From Mobula hypostoma (Eukaryota), in NCBI RefSeq assembly GCF_963921235.1, contig NC_086097.1:242546001-242610000 (forward strand): a stretch of DNA of 64,000 nt. Direction: 5' to 3'. A program made the position numbers and the translations under genes. The notes under the pieces were generated by a model, which had not been told where the DNA came from, did no database searches, and saw only the letters and a list, made by a program, of their open reading frames with translations. This document shows positions 62,283-64,000 of this stretch, in pieces. Position 1 is the stretch's first letter. Each line of letters opens with the position of its first letter.

Positions 62283-64000
62283 CTATGCAAACCTCTTAAA
62301 CGTTGAAATTGAGCTTGCATGCACCACTTGCTCATAGCTCATTCCACACTCTCACCACCCCGAGTGAAAGTTTCTCCTCATGTTCCCCTCAAACTTTTCG
62401 CCATTCATCCTTAACCTATGACCTTTGGTTGTAGTCCCATACAATCTCAGTGGAAAAAGCCTGCTTGCATTTACCTCATCTATACTCCTCATAATTTTCA
62501 GCTGAAGTTTTTAGTCTCGTGTTTGATAATTTACATCAAACCAAACAGATTGACAGCAGTGAGTGACAGCCTTAAGGAATATTAAGAAACCTCAGTACAC
62601 AAAGTCCAAGGATGCCCGAAGATAGCAGTGCAGTTAGATAGGATGCAGAAGGCATATGGGATGCATGACTTCGTTAGCCAGGACAGAGAACACAAGAGTA
62701 AGGATATTGTGGTACAATTTGGTTGCTACTAAGAAAGGTCATTTCTGTCAAATCCTCCATAAACAGCTGGAGATCAAGGTGCCAAGACACATTGCCTTAA
62801 AAGTATATAGAGTGGGTATAAGGTGGCCTTTCATTCCCATCCCGATTTATGCTTACCAAGGATGTCTGGAAAGGGAAATGGAATTGTCAAGGTTCACACA
62901 AGCAGCTACATAAGACAGGACTACGAGCTGTCTGCAGGGACACGCAACTGCTCTTTCTCAATCTGGTGAAAGATGCCATTTGGTCTGTCTGACACCTCCA
63001 TGTTCCAGTGAAAAGAGCTATACATAAACAAACATTGCAAACAGACATTCTCAAAGACCCAGGTCCACATGTTCAGGGTCTCAATAAATCTTGTCTGCTC
63101 CAGAAAGCTTCCATGGTTTTAAGGCTAATGCACATCAAAAAGCTGGAACTTGAATAAAAATCTCTTGACATGCTCATGGAATATATGAGAAATAAAACTG
63201 ATGTCATCCAGAAATAATTTAAGTCTTCTGGGTAACTGAAATGATTTGTACTATGAATTGTGACATAAGTGTACAATATTCGCAAAAATACAAATAAAGA
63301 CTATTTCTACTGAAATGCATGCCACAAATTCCCAGCACAGTATGCTTTTCAACACTGCAGGCTCTTAAAAGCATCAAATCAGTTTACTGGAGACACACAT
63401 TCAGGGCTTAAATAGATGCTCCTGAACTTTATGATACAGTAATTCATTTACCTGAAGAAAATTCAGCTCTTTAACAAAACACTGCCAACAGCATCAGCAG
63501 AGAATTTCCTCCAGTAGCAAAGATGGGAATAGCTCATTATGCACATATTTTTAAATATCAATAAATCTTTGCTTTCAAACTGATACCCTTCCAAATGCTA
63601 TTGTTTTGCTACGGTGTAGAGATTCCATATTGCACCACATGAAACACCAACTACAGGATGCTTGAAGACAGTCATCGGTACTATTAGAAAATAATATTTG
63701 TCTAATATGTCTAAGATGGGGTGTTCACTCGGTGGAAGACAAGCTGGATTGCGTTTGTCTGTGGCTGCCACTAGCACGAGATGAGGAAACGCTGTGTGTG
63801 TGCTTGTTCTTGCAGATATGTGGCTCCAGGACAACACTGCACGTACCATCAATCTGGTGATGTATGGGTTAGGGTTAGTAGTTGTGGGCATGTCAAGTTA
63901 ATGCTGGAAGTGTGCTGCCCCTAGCACATGTGCAGCGTGCGTTGGTCATTGATGCAAAATGGCGCACTTCAATGTATGTTTTGAAGTACGCATGACAAAT

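Noticed and set aside
56000..64000. EXT1 exon 1 or promoter
   Set aside because: No long ORF with a transmembrane segment and no CpG island; exon 1 must lie outside the window.

Overview
Vertebrate genomic DNA. The repeat content suggests a cartilaginous fish, probably a ray (inference). The window holds coding exons 2-11 of EXT1 (exostosin-1, heparan sulfate polymerase) on the minus strand: 1279 coding nt, all introns GT-AG, stop at 1600-1602. Exon 1 lies beyond position 64000. Nearly all long ORFs in the track are transposon-derived. The introns carry several CR1 LINE subfamilies, Rex1/Babar-type LINE pieces, two IR/DR Tc1 transposons, MITEs, several tRNA-derived SINE families, at least one solo LTR and many Penelope-like fragments, often nested. 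The most striking non-genic signal is a dispersed set of Penelope-associated minimal hammerhead ribozyme motifs; each copy is degraded, but their consensus is a complete type I hammerhead. Also notable are inverted young CR1 copies flanking the frame-preserving exon 9-10 pair and a sense-oriented solo LTR in intron 1. All calls come from reading the sequence; comparisons to human EXT1 and to repeat families are from memory, with no database search.
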